Shown one piece after another: positions 10,641 to 21,582 of a stretch of 64,000 nt of DNA. Within the stretch, counting starts at the first letter, position 1. The number at the start of each line of letters is the position of its first letter. The notes under the pieces are model-generated. The model ran no database searches, was not told where the DNA came from, and was given only the letters and a program-made list of their open reading frames with translations. Location of the stretch: assembly GCA_038087875.1 (NCBI GenBank), contig CM075993.1, positions 11,038,001 through 11,102,000 of the forward strand, written 5' to 3'. The translations under genes and the position numbers were made by a program. The stretch is from Malacoraja senta (Eukaryota).

Positions 10641-13087
10641 TACACCATATCAACCATTATTATGGTTTCGTAAACTTCTCTCGAATCACACCTCAGTCTC
10701 TTTCACGACAGGGAAACAAGCCAAGTCTATCCAATCACTCTTCATAGCAAAGGTCCTCCAATTCAGGCAATGTCCTGGTGAAATGTGCAGGAAGGAACTG
10801 CAGATGCTGGTTTACACCGAAGATAGACACAAAATGCTGGAGTAGCTCAGCGGGTAAGGCTGCATCTCTGGAGAGAAGGAATTCTTGAGACCCTTCTTCA
10901 GACTGAGAGTTAGGAGAGATGGAGACAAAGAGATATGGAAGGGTAAGGTGTGAAAACGAGAGATCAAAGGGGACAAAGTGCAAGGAACATTTACAATGGA
11001 TCTTTTTTAGCTGGGAGGAAGCAGACAACGAGGCATAAAATCAGTAAAATGTAATCAGGAGGACAGTGCAACTAATCGTAGAACTAGGATGGGGAGAGGG
11101 AGAGGGAGAGGGAGAGCAAGGGTTACTTGAAGTTAGAGAAGTCAATATTCATACTGTGGGGTTGTAGGCTGCCCAAGCAAAAATGAGGTGCTGTATCTCC
11201 CCTGCACTATCTCCAGTGAAATCTTTTCCACAGAGTGGTGACCAGAACTGTGCATAATACCCAAGGCCGGCCTAACCAGTGTTTTGTAAAGTTGCCACTT
11301 AACATCCCAACTTTTATATTCTATGATAGACACAAAAAGCTGGAGTAACTCACCGGGACAGGCAGCATCTCTGGAGCGAAGGAATGGGGGATGTTTCAGT
11401 TCGAGACCATTCTTGAGACCATACACGTTTTATATTCTATGGCCTGAACTATGAAATCATGCATGCCATATGCCTGGTTGACATTGCTACTTTCATGAAG
11501 CTATGCACTTGAACTTACTTCAATGTTCTTCTGTATCCCAGTTCCCATTTCCTCTGTATATCCTGTTCCTATCTGACTTCCCACGTGGGTTTCCTCCGGC
11601 TGCTCCGGTTTCCCCCCACATTCCAAAGACATGAATGCCTGTAGGATAATTGGCTTCTGAAAATTGTCCCTAGTCGAATAAATTAAACTAGTGCCTAGGA
11701 AGGAACTGCAGGCGCTGGTTGACACTGAAGATAGACCCAAAAGGCTGGAGTAACATCAGCGGGTCAGGCAGCATCTGTGGAGAGAAGCAATGGATGACGT
11801 TCTGGGTCTCGACGCAAAATGTCACCCATTCCTTCTCTCCAGAGTTGATGCCTGGCCCGCCGAGTTACTCCAGCATTTTGAAACTATTAGAACCTCTGGT
11901 TTGCCAGTTAACACTTCAGACTTACTGCTTCATGGCCCTAGTCTCCCATTGCTGGTCCCATACCAATCCAGTATGTAGCCGAGACCACAGTGCAGTGTAA
12001 ACAGATCTGATATTTGCCCCTGGTGACAAGGCTTCTTTCCTTGTCATGTTTACAGTAGTGATGACCTCCTTTGTTGAAGTTGCAGATGAAACAGAGACTG
12101 CCTGCCCTTCCTGCTCCATTCTCCCAGGGGGGTGGCTTCACTATCGACTTCTGTGTTGGAACTGCAGATGTCTCTTTCCATTGCTTCAGAGGGTGAAGTT
12201 GAGAGGAGACGTGCCAATTAGGAGCTGTAGCTGGTGCTGCTCCTGTGCTTGCAGGTCTGACAGTGGTCCCTGGATATTTAACAAACGAACGTGCACACAA
12301 GCGCTCTGTGTTCAACAGCATGAAGGCAACTCCAGCCCCTCCATTATCCAACAACGTTGTGGATTCATACAGAGACTGAAAGAGCACAAACAGAGGATAG
12401 TACGCAAGGATATAAAGTTCACGTTCATAAGTTTAGTTTAGTTTAGCTCAGCGGGTATTGGGCCTGTACTCGCAGGAGTTTAGCAGAATGAGGGGGGAAC
12501 TGATTGAAAGTATCGAATGGTGAAAGGCCTGGATAGGGTGGATGTGGAGAGGATGTTTCCACTAGTGGGAGAGTCTAGGACCAGAGGCCGTAGCCTCAGA
12601 ATTAAAGGACGTTCCTTTAGCAAAGAGATGAGGAGGAATTTCTTTAGTCAGAGGGTGGTGAATCTGTATAATTCTTTGCCACATAAGGCTATGGAGATCA
12701 TCAATTAATATTTTTAAGGCAGAGATAGATAGATTCTCCATTTCGTCAAGGTTTATGGGGAGAAGGCAGGAGAATGGAGTTAGGAGGGAGAGATAGATCA
12801 GCTGTGATTGAATGGCGGAGTAGACTTGATGGGTCGAATGGACTAATTTTGCTCCTATCACTTATGACCTTATGACCTTAGTTTAGAGATACAGCGCAGA
12901 AACAGACCCACTGAGTCCACACCGACCAGCGATCCCCGCACATTAACACTACTCTACATGCACTGGGGATATTTTTCTTACATTTATACCAAGCCAATTA
13001 ACCTACAAACACTTTGAAGTGTGGGAGGAAATTGAAGATCTTGGAGAGAACCCACGCAGGTCACAGGGAGAATGTACAAACTCCGTA

Positions 13088-13798
13088 TACATAGATACAT
13101 AGATACATAGAAAATAGGTGCAGGAGTGGGCCATTCGGCCCTTCGAGCCTGCACCGCCATTCAATATAATCATGGCTGATCATCCAACTCAGTATCCTGT
13201 ACCTGCCTTCTCTCCATACCCCCTGATCCCCTTAGCCACAAGGGCCACATCTAACTCCCTCTTAAATATAGCCAATGAACTGGCCTCAACTACCCTCTGT
13301 GGCAGAGAGTTCCAGAGATTCACCACTCTCTGTGTGAAAAAGTTTTTCCTCATCTCGGTCTTAAAGGATTTCCCCCTTATCCTTAAGCTGTGACCCCTTG
13401 TCCTGGACTTCCCCAACATCGGGAACAATCTTCCTGCATCTAGCCTGTCCAACCCCATAAGAATTTTGTACGTTTCTATAAGATTCCCTCTCAATCTCCT
13501 AAATTCTAGCGAGTATAAGCCAAGTCTATCCAGTCTTTCTTCATATGAAAGTCCTGACATCTCAGGAATCAGTCTGGTGAACCTTCTCTGCACTCCCTCT
13601 ATGGCTATAATGTCCTTCCTCAGATTTGGAGACCAAAACTGCACGCAATACTCCAGGTGTGGTCTCACCAAGACCCTGTACAACTGCAGTAGAACCTCAC
13701 TGCTCCTATACTCAAATCCTCTTGCTATGAAAGCCAACATACCATTCGCTTTCTTCACTGCCTGCTGCATCTGCATGCCTACACCTGCATGCGTACTT
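13088..13798 (-). mobile_element. CR1 LINE 3' part (continues at 18637-20340)
   Basis: ORF 13189-13776 is CR1 C-terminus; (CTATGTAT)n tail; sequence resumes after the nested insertions at TGCCTACTTTCAATG (18637). Confidence 0.9.
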
Positions 13799-13826
13799 CT
13801 GAAGAAGGGTTTCGGCCCGAAACGTT
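13799..13826 (+). ncRNA. Minimal hammerhead ribozyme motif (Penelope terminal repeat)
   Basis: CUGAAGA-A-GGGU-UUCG-GCCC-GAA-ACGU-U: complete core, 4-bp stem II, palindromic ACGU stem III, GUU cleavage triplet. Confidence 0.7.
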
Positions 13827-13828
13827 AC

Positions 13829-14032
13829 TGTAAAGAATTCATAACGAGGCATCGTTACTTTACTATCTTTATTCATACTGGAGCATTACACATTGCACTA
13901 GCTGTACGTGGTCTGTCACAGGAACTAGAGAGCGATCTGTGGGTGGGGAGGTTGTAGATATACTTGTGATATGGGGAGTGGTTAGTAGGTATGAGGTCAC
14001 TATGTTAAAGGCACATGCATATCTCATCTACA
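13829..14032 (-). repeat. 3' LTR of Gypsy element
   Basis: Identical to 18369-18572 except C13845 versus T18385; preceded on the minus strand by purine tract GAAGAGGAAAGA. Confidence 0.96.
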
Positions 14033-14315
14033 TCTTTCCTCTTCAAAACGACAGGCAAATACAAAGGTGACATGGCGACCACGGCTCATGCGCTAGGATA
14101 GTTAAACAAAATCGCCATAGCGGTCAGGCGGTTTGACAAGACGTCCCGCCCGGGTTCGCGTCTCGCCATCCACCCTTCCTGCAGGAGGAAGAGGCACCGG
14201 CGGGGAAAGACGAACCTGAAAGGGAGAAACGGGAGGAGACGGAGGAGACCGCGGCACCGAACCCGGAGGGGATGCGAGGTCGGGACCGGGAAGAGCGCGG
14301 GCAGGCGAGCGAGGA

Positions 14316-17300
14316 CTAGCCGGAGTGGGGTGGAACGGAAGGGGCTGAGGAGGGAGCAGAACGTTGCATGTCAGGAAGGACGGGCAGAGCAACGCCCTGA
14401 CGCGAAACAGGCAGTGGGGGAGCAAAGGGATCCGCGGCAGGAGGACGCGGCTCGTTGACGAGCCGAAGGTGCTGGCGGGACCGTCGGTAAATGGCTCCAG
14501 CGTGGTCGACGAGATAGGACCTGGGCGACCCCGCAGAACCGACGACAGTAGCGAGCTTGGAGTGACCGGGAGCGGTCTGCATATGGACAACTTGACCGGG
14601 GAAGAGGCGCGGCAGCGGGTGGCAGGACCTGTCATGGGAACGCTGTTGGACGTCGTGCCTGAAGGCAATGCGTTTCTGAACCGCCGCAGGTGGGAGGATG
14701 GAGGGTATGAGGGAGCGCTGGGCCACAGGGAGCGGGAGTCTGGTAGCGCGAGACATGAGCCGCCGAGCAGGTGAACCCATGGCAGAGTCGCGGGAAATGT
14801 TCCGAAGGTTGAGGAGGGCCAGATGGAAGTCGGAGTTAATGCCACCACACTGTTCCAACAGGTGCTTCGCGCTGCGGACTGCGCGCTCGGCCAAACCGTT
14901 GCTTTGCGGGTACTCCGGGCTGCTGGTGAAATGGCGGAAGTTCCATCTGGAAGCGAACGCTTTAAACTCGGAGCTCGTGAACTGGCTGCCATCGTCCGAC
15001 TGCAGGCTTGCCGGGGGGCCAAAAGTGCCAAAATGAGGGTACAACCTATCGATGACGGCCGAAGAGGTCATGGAATGAAGCCGGTCGACCACAAACCAGC
15101 TGGAGTAGGAGTCAACGAGAACCAGGAAATGTTTGCCCCGCCACTCGAAAATGTCAGCGGCAAGCGCCATCCAGGGCAGTCCGGGCGCGGGCTGCTGTAG
15201 AAGCGGCTGACGCTGCTGATGGGGGGCGCGGCTGTTGCAGGTGGAACACGATGAGACCCTCTCCTGGATGTACTTTGCCATATCCGGCCAATAGAACCGG
15301 CTCCTGGCGAGAGACACGGTGGCTTCGGCCCCAGGATGACCGCGGTGTGCGACTTGAAAATAGTGGTCGTGCAGCGCCGCGGGCACGACCACTTTGTGAC
15401 CCTTCACCACCACGCCGTTGTGCAGTACGAGCTCGTCCCGAATCAGGAAGTAGGGCACGGCACCAGCCGGCAGTGCCGAACGACGGTCAGGCCAGCCCTG
15501 CCGGATGACGGCAGACAGCTGTTGCAGGGCAGGGTCATTGGTAGTGTGTTCAACCAGGGACTTCATCTGCTGTGAGGGGACGATGTTCAATCGTAGCACC
15601 AATAACTCAGACATTTCATATTGGTGGCGAGCGGTGGACGTCAGCGGGGTGCGAGACAACGTGTCGGCCACGAACATGTCCTTGCCCTTACGATAAACCA
15701 CCGTGAACGTGAAGCGCTGGAGCTGCAGCATCATGCGCTGCAGGCGTGATGAGGCCACATGGATCGACTTGTTGAGGATGGTGACAAGTGGCTGATGGTC
15801 AGTTTCAACGGTGAAAGTGTTGCCCACGATGTAGTCCCGGAATTTGGAGCAGGCAAACACCACGGCCAGTAGCTCCTTCTCAATCTGCGCGTAGTGCTGT
15901 TCGGTGGCGGTCATGGTGCGGGACGTGAAGGAGACAGGCAGCTGCAGGCCGTCATGGACCTGGAGACAGGCGGCACCGAGTCCGAACTGAGAGGCGTCGC
16001 AGGTGAGGACAATGGGGCGCTGCAGGTCAAAGAACTTGAGCGTGGGGGTGCTGATCAGCTTAGACTTAAGAATGTCAAATGCCTTCTGATGGTTGGGTAA
16101 CCAAAGCCAGGACGTGTCCTTTTTGATCAGATCCCTCAGGGGAGCGCTGAGCTCACTGAGGTCGGGGATGAACTTCCCCAGGTAGTTTACCAAGCCGAGG
16201 AAGCGTTGCAGGCCTGCCAGATTGGTAGGAGGGGGCATCCCTGAGATGGCAGCCGTTTTCTGCAGGTCTGGCTTTAATCCCTCAGCGGTGAATACATGTC
16301 CAACATAGGTGACCTCCGAGACGCGGAATCGGCACTTCTTGGGGTTCAGTTTCAAGTTGATTTGCCGGGCCCGGTCCAGGACCTGGCGGAGGTTGACATC
16401 GTGTTCGGCAACGTCCTTACCGTAAACGAGGATGTCGTCAACAATTATGGCGCAAGGTAGACCTAAAAGCAACTGCTCCATTGTCCACTGAAATACCTCG
16501 CTGGCAGAGTTGATCCCGAATGGCATTCGGAGGAACCGAATCCTTCCGTAGGGGGTGGCGAAAGTTGTCAAAATGGACGACCGCTCGTCCAGTGGTATCT
16601 GCCAGAAGGAGCTTTTGGCATCGAGGACAGAAAAAACCGTTGCTGGACCAACCTGTGCAGCGACGTCTTCCACCGTTCTCATAGGGTAGTGAGGGCGTTG
16701 AATGGCCAGGTTGAGGTCTTTGGGGTTGATGCAGATGCGTATCTCGCTCATGTCCTTTTTAGCAGCAACAACCATGGAAGAGACCCAGCTGGTGGGCTCG
16801 ACGACCGCCTTTAGGACGCCCATTTGTACCATACTGTGTAGGGTCGCCTCCACTCTGTCCCTCATGGCGAAGGAGACACGGTGAGGAGCATGGACCACAG
16901 GAACGATCTTATGGTCCACTACAATCTTGTAGCTGCAGGGTAGTTTGCCTAGCTTATCATCAAAGCGGTCGGGATAATCGGCCAGCGGGTCCATAAGAGT
17001 CTGCACCTGGTGGATGTCCCGGTGGAAGTACACCAGTCCCATTTCCTGGCATGCCTGGATCCCCAGCAGGGGAATGCATTTTCGATTGAGGAGATAGAAG
17101 GTGAGGGGCCGAGAGGTCTCTAGTATCTTACAGCGTAGCGTGGCCTTGCCCACAGGAGTAAGAATCTCCCCACCATAGGCATGCAAGGTTGAGCTCTGGG
17201 AAAATATCTGCTCATTAGTTCTTATCTGGTTGAAAAGGGATGTTGACATTACGTTGGTCACCGCCCCCGTGTCGATCTTAGCAGTGAAGGTCGAGTTGTT

Positions 17301-18302
17301 CACAGTGACTTGCACAGAAGGATCCGTTATCATAGCAGGTGCGTCCAACACGGTAAACAAGTTGGTCTCCCCCTGAGAGGAGTCAGATGCAGAAACAGAA
17401 TGTTCATCGGAATAGCACTGGCTGAGCTCATTGTCAGCTTGTAGAAGGTTGTTTAAATTTCCCCTTCGAGCAGCGACAGGCTTCCCACGGGAACGACAAG
17501 CCGCAGCAAAATGGTTCAATTTTTTGCAGACATTACACGTTTTTCCCAAAGCAGGGCACACATTGAATTGATGAGTTGTGAAGTTGCAATTAGGGCACCT
17601 TTGCCGGGTACCTCCCCCTGCAGCAGCACCGAACCCCGGGGCGCGTCCCCCTCGAGCAGCGAGCGACCCTGGGGGTCGCGACTGGGGTGTGTTCATGAGA
17701 TGACTGGGAGTGCTGGCAAAGTTGATCGCCTGCTCAGCCGGCGCCGCCGCCGAGGAAACAGCTTCAGCTAAGCGAGTAGCGTGCATAGCATCGGCTAAAG
17801 TCAGATCCGGCTTGCGCAGAAGTTCGGCCCTGAGCTTCTCATCACGGAGACCGTAAACCAGAAGGTCCCTGAGAATCTCATCGGGGTTCCACGCGTGGAG
17901 GCGGCAGCGCCTTCCGAGGTGCCGCAGCGCAATGACATAGTTCTCAGCAGATTCCCCAGGGAGCTGACGCCGCGCGAACAGTTTAAAACGTTCTAAGATG
18001 CAATTAGTCGGAATGTCACAAATAGCGTCAAACTTAGCCAACAGACATACCGGGTCCCGAGCTGATTCTCCATCAGCGTAGACGAAGAAGTCGGAGCGAG
18101 TCAGGGCCTCGGGACCAGCCAAGTTGAGAAGCAGAGAGGCTTTGAGAGCGGGGGTGGCGTCAGGATGAGCGATCGTGAAATAGTGTTCAAAGTCACGTTT
18201 GAATACGTCCCATCGAAGGGCGATGTCTAAATCAAAAACGAGCACATCGGGCTTACGGGCAGAAGAGGCCATGACAAAGAAACAGGAGGGCGGGGGAAAC
18301 AA
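14316..18302 (-). CDS. Gypsy Gag-Pol polyprotein (likely start MASSARK at about 18272)
   Basis: Two zinc knuckles (CPNC..H..C; CNVCKKLNHFAAAC), protease KIDTGA, RT LDAKSSFWQ..MPFG..IIVDD, RNase H TCDAS..EKELLA..TDHQPL, integrase HRGHPG..CSTC and D,D,E, in PR-RT-RH-IN order. The twin knuckles suggest the Mag group (inference). Confidence 0.95.
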   Translation of the reverse strand: MFPPPSCFFVMASSARKPDVLVFDLDIALRWDVFKRDFEHYFTIAHPDATPALKASLLLNLAGPEALTRSDFFVYADGESARDPVCLLAKFDAICDIPTNCILERFKLFARRQLPGESAENYVIALRHLGRRCRLHAWNPDEILRDLLVYGLRDEKLRAELLRKPDLTLADAMHATRLAEAVSSAAAPAEQAINFASTPSHLMNTPQSRPPGSLAARGGRAPGFGAAAGGGTRQRCPNCNFTTHQFNVCPALGKTCNVCKKLNHFAAACRSRGKPVAARRGNLNNLLQADNELSQCYSDEHSVSASDSSQGETNLFTVLDAPAMITDPSVQVTVNNSTFTAKIDTGAVTNVMSTSLFNQIRTNEQIFSQSSTLHAYGGEILTPVGKATLRCKILETSRPLTFYLLNRKCIPLLGIQACQEMGLVYFHRDIHQVQTLMDPLADYPDRFDDKLGKLPCSYKIVVDHKIVPVVHAPHRVSFAMRDRVEATLHSMVQMGVLKAVVEPTSWVSSMVVAAKKDMSEIRICINPKDLNLAIQRPHYPMRTVEDVAAQVGPATVFSVLDAKSSFWQIPLDERSSILTTFATPYGRIRFLRMPFGINSASEVFQWTMEQLLLGLPCAIIVDDILVYGKDVAEHDVNLRQVLDRARQINLKLNPKKCRFRVSEVTYVGHVFTAEGLKPDLQKTAAISGMPPPTNLAGLQRFLGLVNYLGKFIPDLSELSAPLRDLIKKDTSWLWLPNHQKAFDILKSKLISTPTLKFFDLQRPIVLTCDASQFGLGAACLQVHDGLQLPVSFTSRTMTATEQHYAQIEKELLAVVFACSKFRDYIVGNTFTVETDHQPLVTILNKSIHVASSRLQRMMLQLQRFTFTVVYRKGKDMFVADTLSRTPLTSTARHQYEMSELLVLRLNIVPSQQMKSLVEHTTNDPALQQLSAVIRQGWPDRRSALPAGAVPYFLIRDELVLHNGVVVKGHKVVVPAALHDHYFQVAHRGHPGAEATVSLARSRFYWPDMAKYIQERVSSCSTCNSRAPHQQRQPLLQQPAPGLPWMALAADIFEWRGKHFLVLVDSYSSWFVVDRLHSMTSSAVIDRLYPHFGTFGPPASLQSDDGSQFTSSEFKAFASRWNFRHFTSSPEYPQSNGLAERAVRSAKHLLEQCGGINSDFHLALLNLRNISRDSAMGSPARRLMSRATRLPLPVAQRSLIPSILPPAAVQKRIAFRHDVQQRSHDRSCHPLPRLFPGQVVHMQTAPGHSKLATVVGSAGSPRSYLVDHAGAIYRRSRQHLRLVNEPRPPAADPFAPPLPVSRQGVALPVLPDMQRSAPSSAPSVPPHSG

Positions 18303-18368
18303 AAAACTGGGACAAAATTAAATGATAAACCGATAAACAGGAGGCGCAAGGTAAGTTATTTGACACCG

Positions 18369-18572
18369 TGTAAAGAATTCATAATGAGGCATCGTTACTT
18401 TACTATCTTTATTCATACTGGAGCATTACACATTGCACTAGCTGTACGTGGTCTGTCACAGGAACTAGAGAGCGATCTGTGGGTGGGGAGGTTGTAGATA
18501 TACTTGTGATATGGGGAGTGGTTAGTAGGTATGAGGTCACTATGTTAAAGGCACATGCATATCTCATCTACA
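18369..18572 (-). repeat. 5' LTR of Gypsy element
   Basis: 204 bp, TG...CA, followed on the minus strand by CGGTGTCA (tRNA-Leu-like PBS, first base altered). Confidence 0.96.
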
Positions 18573-18636
18573 GTTACCTATTTCCTTCGCTCCATAGATG
18601 CTGCTGCACCCGCCGAGTTTCTCCAGCATTTTTGTG

Positions 18637-20340
18637 TGCCTACTTTCAATGACTGGTGTACCATGACACCCAGGTCTCGCTGCATCTCCCCATTTCCTAA
18701 TCGGCCACCATTTAGATAATAGTCTGCCTTCCCGTTTTTGCCACCAAAGTGGATAACCTCACATTTATCCACATTATACTGCATCTGCCAAACATTTGCC
18801 CACTCACCCAGCCTATCCAAGTCACCTTGCAGTCTCCTAGCATCCTCCTCACAGCTAACACTGCCCCCCAGCTTAGTGTCATCCGCAAACTTGGAGATGT
18901 TGCTTTCAATTCCCTCATCCAGGTCATTAATATAAATTGTAAATAGCTGGGGTCGCAGCACTGAGCCTTGCGGTACCCCACTAGTCACTGCCTGCCATTG
19001 TGAAAAGGACCCGTTTACTCCTACTCTTTGCTTCCTGTTTGCCAGCCAGTTCTCTATCCACATCAATACTGAACCCCCAATACCATGTGATTTAAGTTTG
19101 TATCCTAATCTCTTATGTGGTACCTTGTCGAAAGCCTTCTGAAAGTCCAGATACAACACATCCACTGGTTCTCCCCTATCCACTCTACTCGTTACATCCT
19201 CGAAAAATTCAATAAGATTCGTCAGACACGATTTACCTTTCGTAAATCCATGCTGACTTTGTCCAATGATTTCACCACTTTCCAAATGTGCTGCTATCCC
19301 ATCTTTAATAACTGACTCTAGCAGTTTCCCCACTACCGATGTTAGACTAAAGGCCGTGTCTTACCTGTTTGCGGTCATCGGCGGTGAAGCGCGGTGCAGA
19401 CGGTAGCTAGGACTGCGCGGCAACGGCGAGAGCGTCGAGGCTATCCAACGGAGCGCCGCACGGATGTTGCGCGGGGGCCGAGTTAATTCAAACACGGCGG
19501 GTCCCACGTGCTTGCGGTAAGTAAAAAAAGGGCGGGCCGACTGCGATGACGTCGGCCCCCCGCACGTGACTCACCAGCGGCGGCTGTGGCGGCGGCCATC
19601 CTGATCGCGGCGCTGTAGCGATGGCTGTGCCTGCGGCCGCGCAGCACACGTGTCTCACTGGCGGCGGCACGTGCGTCACTGGCGGAGGCTGTGGCAGAGG
19701 AGGTTTGACGCACGGCGCTCGAGCCATACTGGCGGCGGCCCGTGCGAGCGGCCGTGCGCACTCGTGCATCACTGGTGGAGGTTGTGCGGTGAGTATTTGG
19801 TTTTCGACATTGTCGATTTTATTTTTGCACCGCGCGGTGTTGGGAACACCGTCGCACGGCCCGGGAATTGTTCTTTCTCACGAGTACGCGGTCTATGGCG
19901 GCAGATTCTTCCCGTTTCGCCGCCAATGACCGCAGATTCGTGAGACAGACCTTTAACTGGTCTGTAATTCCCCGTTTTCTCTCTCCCTCCGTTCTTAAAA
20001 AGTGGGGTTACGTTTGCTACCCTCCAATCCTCAGGAACTACTCCAGAATCTAAAGAGTTTTGAAAAATGATCACTAATGCATCCACTATTTCTGGAGCTA
20101 CTTCCTTAAGTACTCTGGGATGCAGCCTATCTGGCCCTGGGGATTTATCGGCCTTTAATCCATTCAATTTACCCAACACCACTTCCCGACTAACCTGGAT
20201 TTCACTCAGTTCCTCCATCTCCTTTGACCCGCGGCCCCCTGCTATTTCCGGCAGATTATTTATGTCTTCTTTAGTGAAGACGGAACCAAAGTAGTTATTC
20301 AATTGGTCCGCCATATCCTTGTTCCCCATGATCAATTCAT
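18637..20340 (-). mobile_element. CR1 LINE RT region, interrupted by a MITE
   Basis: ORFs 18578-19333 and 19769-20419 carry KSPGPD, NYRPV, QHGF, LDFQKAFDKV, SGVPQGS and FADD. Confidence 0.92.
19351..19953. mobile_element. Non-autonomous DNA transposon, PIF/Harbinger-like
   Basis: Imperfect TIRs of about 35 bp (AGGCCGTGTCTTAC..GCGGTCATCGGCGG / AAGGTCTGTCTCAC..GCGGTCATTGGCGG); TAA TSD whose removal restores CR1 GTTAGACTAACTGG. Confidence 0.8.
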
Positions 20341-21034
20341 AGACAGCACCCGTAGTCAGGATCCAACCTGGTCTCTGGCGCTGTAAGGCTGTAAGTCTAC
20401 CGCTGTGCCACTGTGTCATGCAGAGGTTCTAGGAGCAGAATAAGGCCAATCTGCTCACGTCTTCTCCACCATTCCATCACGGCTGATCTATCTCTCCCTC
20501 CTAACCCCATTCTCCTGCCTTCTCCCCATAACCCCTGGCACCCGTTCTAATCAAGAATTTGTCAATATCCATTGATTTGGCCTCCACAGCCGTCTGTGGC
20601 AATGAATTCCCCCGATTCACCACCCTCTGACTAAAGAAATAGCTTCTCATCTCCTTTCTAAAGGTACGACCTTTTATTCTCAGGCTGTGTGCTCTGGTCC
20701 TAGACTCATGGAAACATCCTCTCCACATTCACTCTTGCCAGGCCTTTCACTATTCGGTAAGTTTCATTCTTCCAAACTCCAGTGAATACAGGCCCAGTGC
20801 CGTCAAACACTCATCATCCAGAACCAGGGGCCACAGTTTAAGGATAAGGAGTAAGCCATTTAGAACGGAGACGAGGAAACACTTTTTCTCACAGAGAGTG
20901 GTGAGTCTGTGGAATTCTCTGCCTCAGAGGGCAGTGCAGGCAGGTTCTCTGGATGCTTTCAAGAGAAAGCTGGATAGGGCTCTTAAAAATAGCGGAGCCA
21001 GGGGATATGGGGAGAAGGCAGGAACGGGGTACTC

Positions 21035-21582
21035 AGAACACTGAGGAAGGCCCATCTGTCTGCTAAACCGCTGGAGTCTTTCTACCGCTGCTCGGTAGAA
21101 AGCATACTGACTTACTGCATAACTGCCTGGTTTGGGAACTGTTCAGCAGCTGACAGAGCAGCTCTCCAGAGGGTGATAAAAACTGCCCAGGGTATCATTG
21201 GACTCCCCCTGCCCCCGCTGGAGGACATTTACCACTCCAGATGCTGCAGCAGGACCTGTAATATCGTGAAAGACATTACACATCCTTGTCACCACCTTTT
21301 CACACTGCTGCCCTCAGGAAAAAGGTCCAGGTCGCTAAAGTCACGTACTGCCAGACTCAAGAACAGCTTTTACCCATCAGCAATCTTGGAACTGAACTCT
21401 GTCTTGGGAGCGGGTTATGGGGAAGGAGGGGGGGTGGGAGACAGTTAATTTATGTAAATGTGAATCCATGGGGGTTTGGGGAGGGAGGGAGTATAAAAAG
21501 TTTGAGTATGTGAATGTTTGAAGTTCTTTTAAATGGAGAGACACAGTAATCTCGTTGTATGTGACACATGCAATGACAATAA
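21035..21582 (+). mobile_element. Rex1/Babar LINE 3' fragment
   Basis: TAQGIIGLPLP..HPCHHLFTLLPSGKRSRSLKSRTARLKNSFYP; tail ends TGACAATAA. Confidence 0.8.

Larger units (their letters stand above)
13829..18572 (-). mobile_element. Full-length Gypsy/Ty3 LTR retrotransposon
   Basis: Two 204-bp TG...CA LTRs; 5-bp TSD GTTAC (13824-13828, 18573-18577); PPT at 14033-14043; PBS-like site at 18361-18368; single gag-pol ORF. Confidence 0.97.

Noticed and set aside
14102..15031. 309-aa overlapping ORF as an env-like or accessory gene
   Set aside because: No signal peptide or transmembrane segment; only its end looks meaningful, as the frameshifted Pol tail.
14364..17771. Plus-strand ORFs within the Gypsy element
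   Set aside because: Antisense shadows of a GC-rich gag-pol, with no motifs.
18343..18360. U1 snRNA-like ACTTACCT beside the Gypsy PBS
   Set aside because: Match is only about 8 nt, with no further U1 sequence.
19483..19943. GC-rich ORFs or CpG-island promoter
   Set aside because: Lies within a TIR/TSD-bounded MITE.
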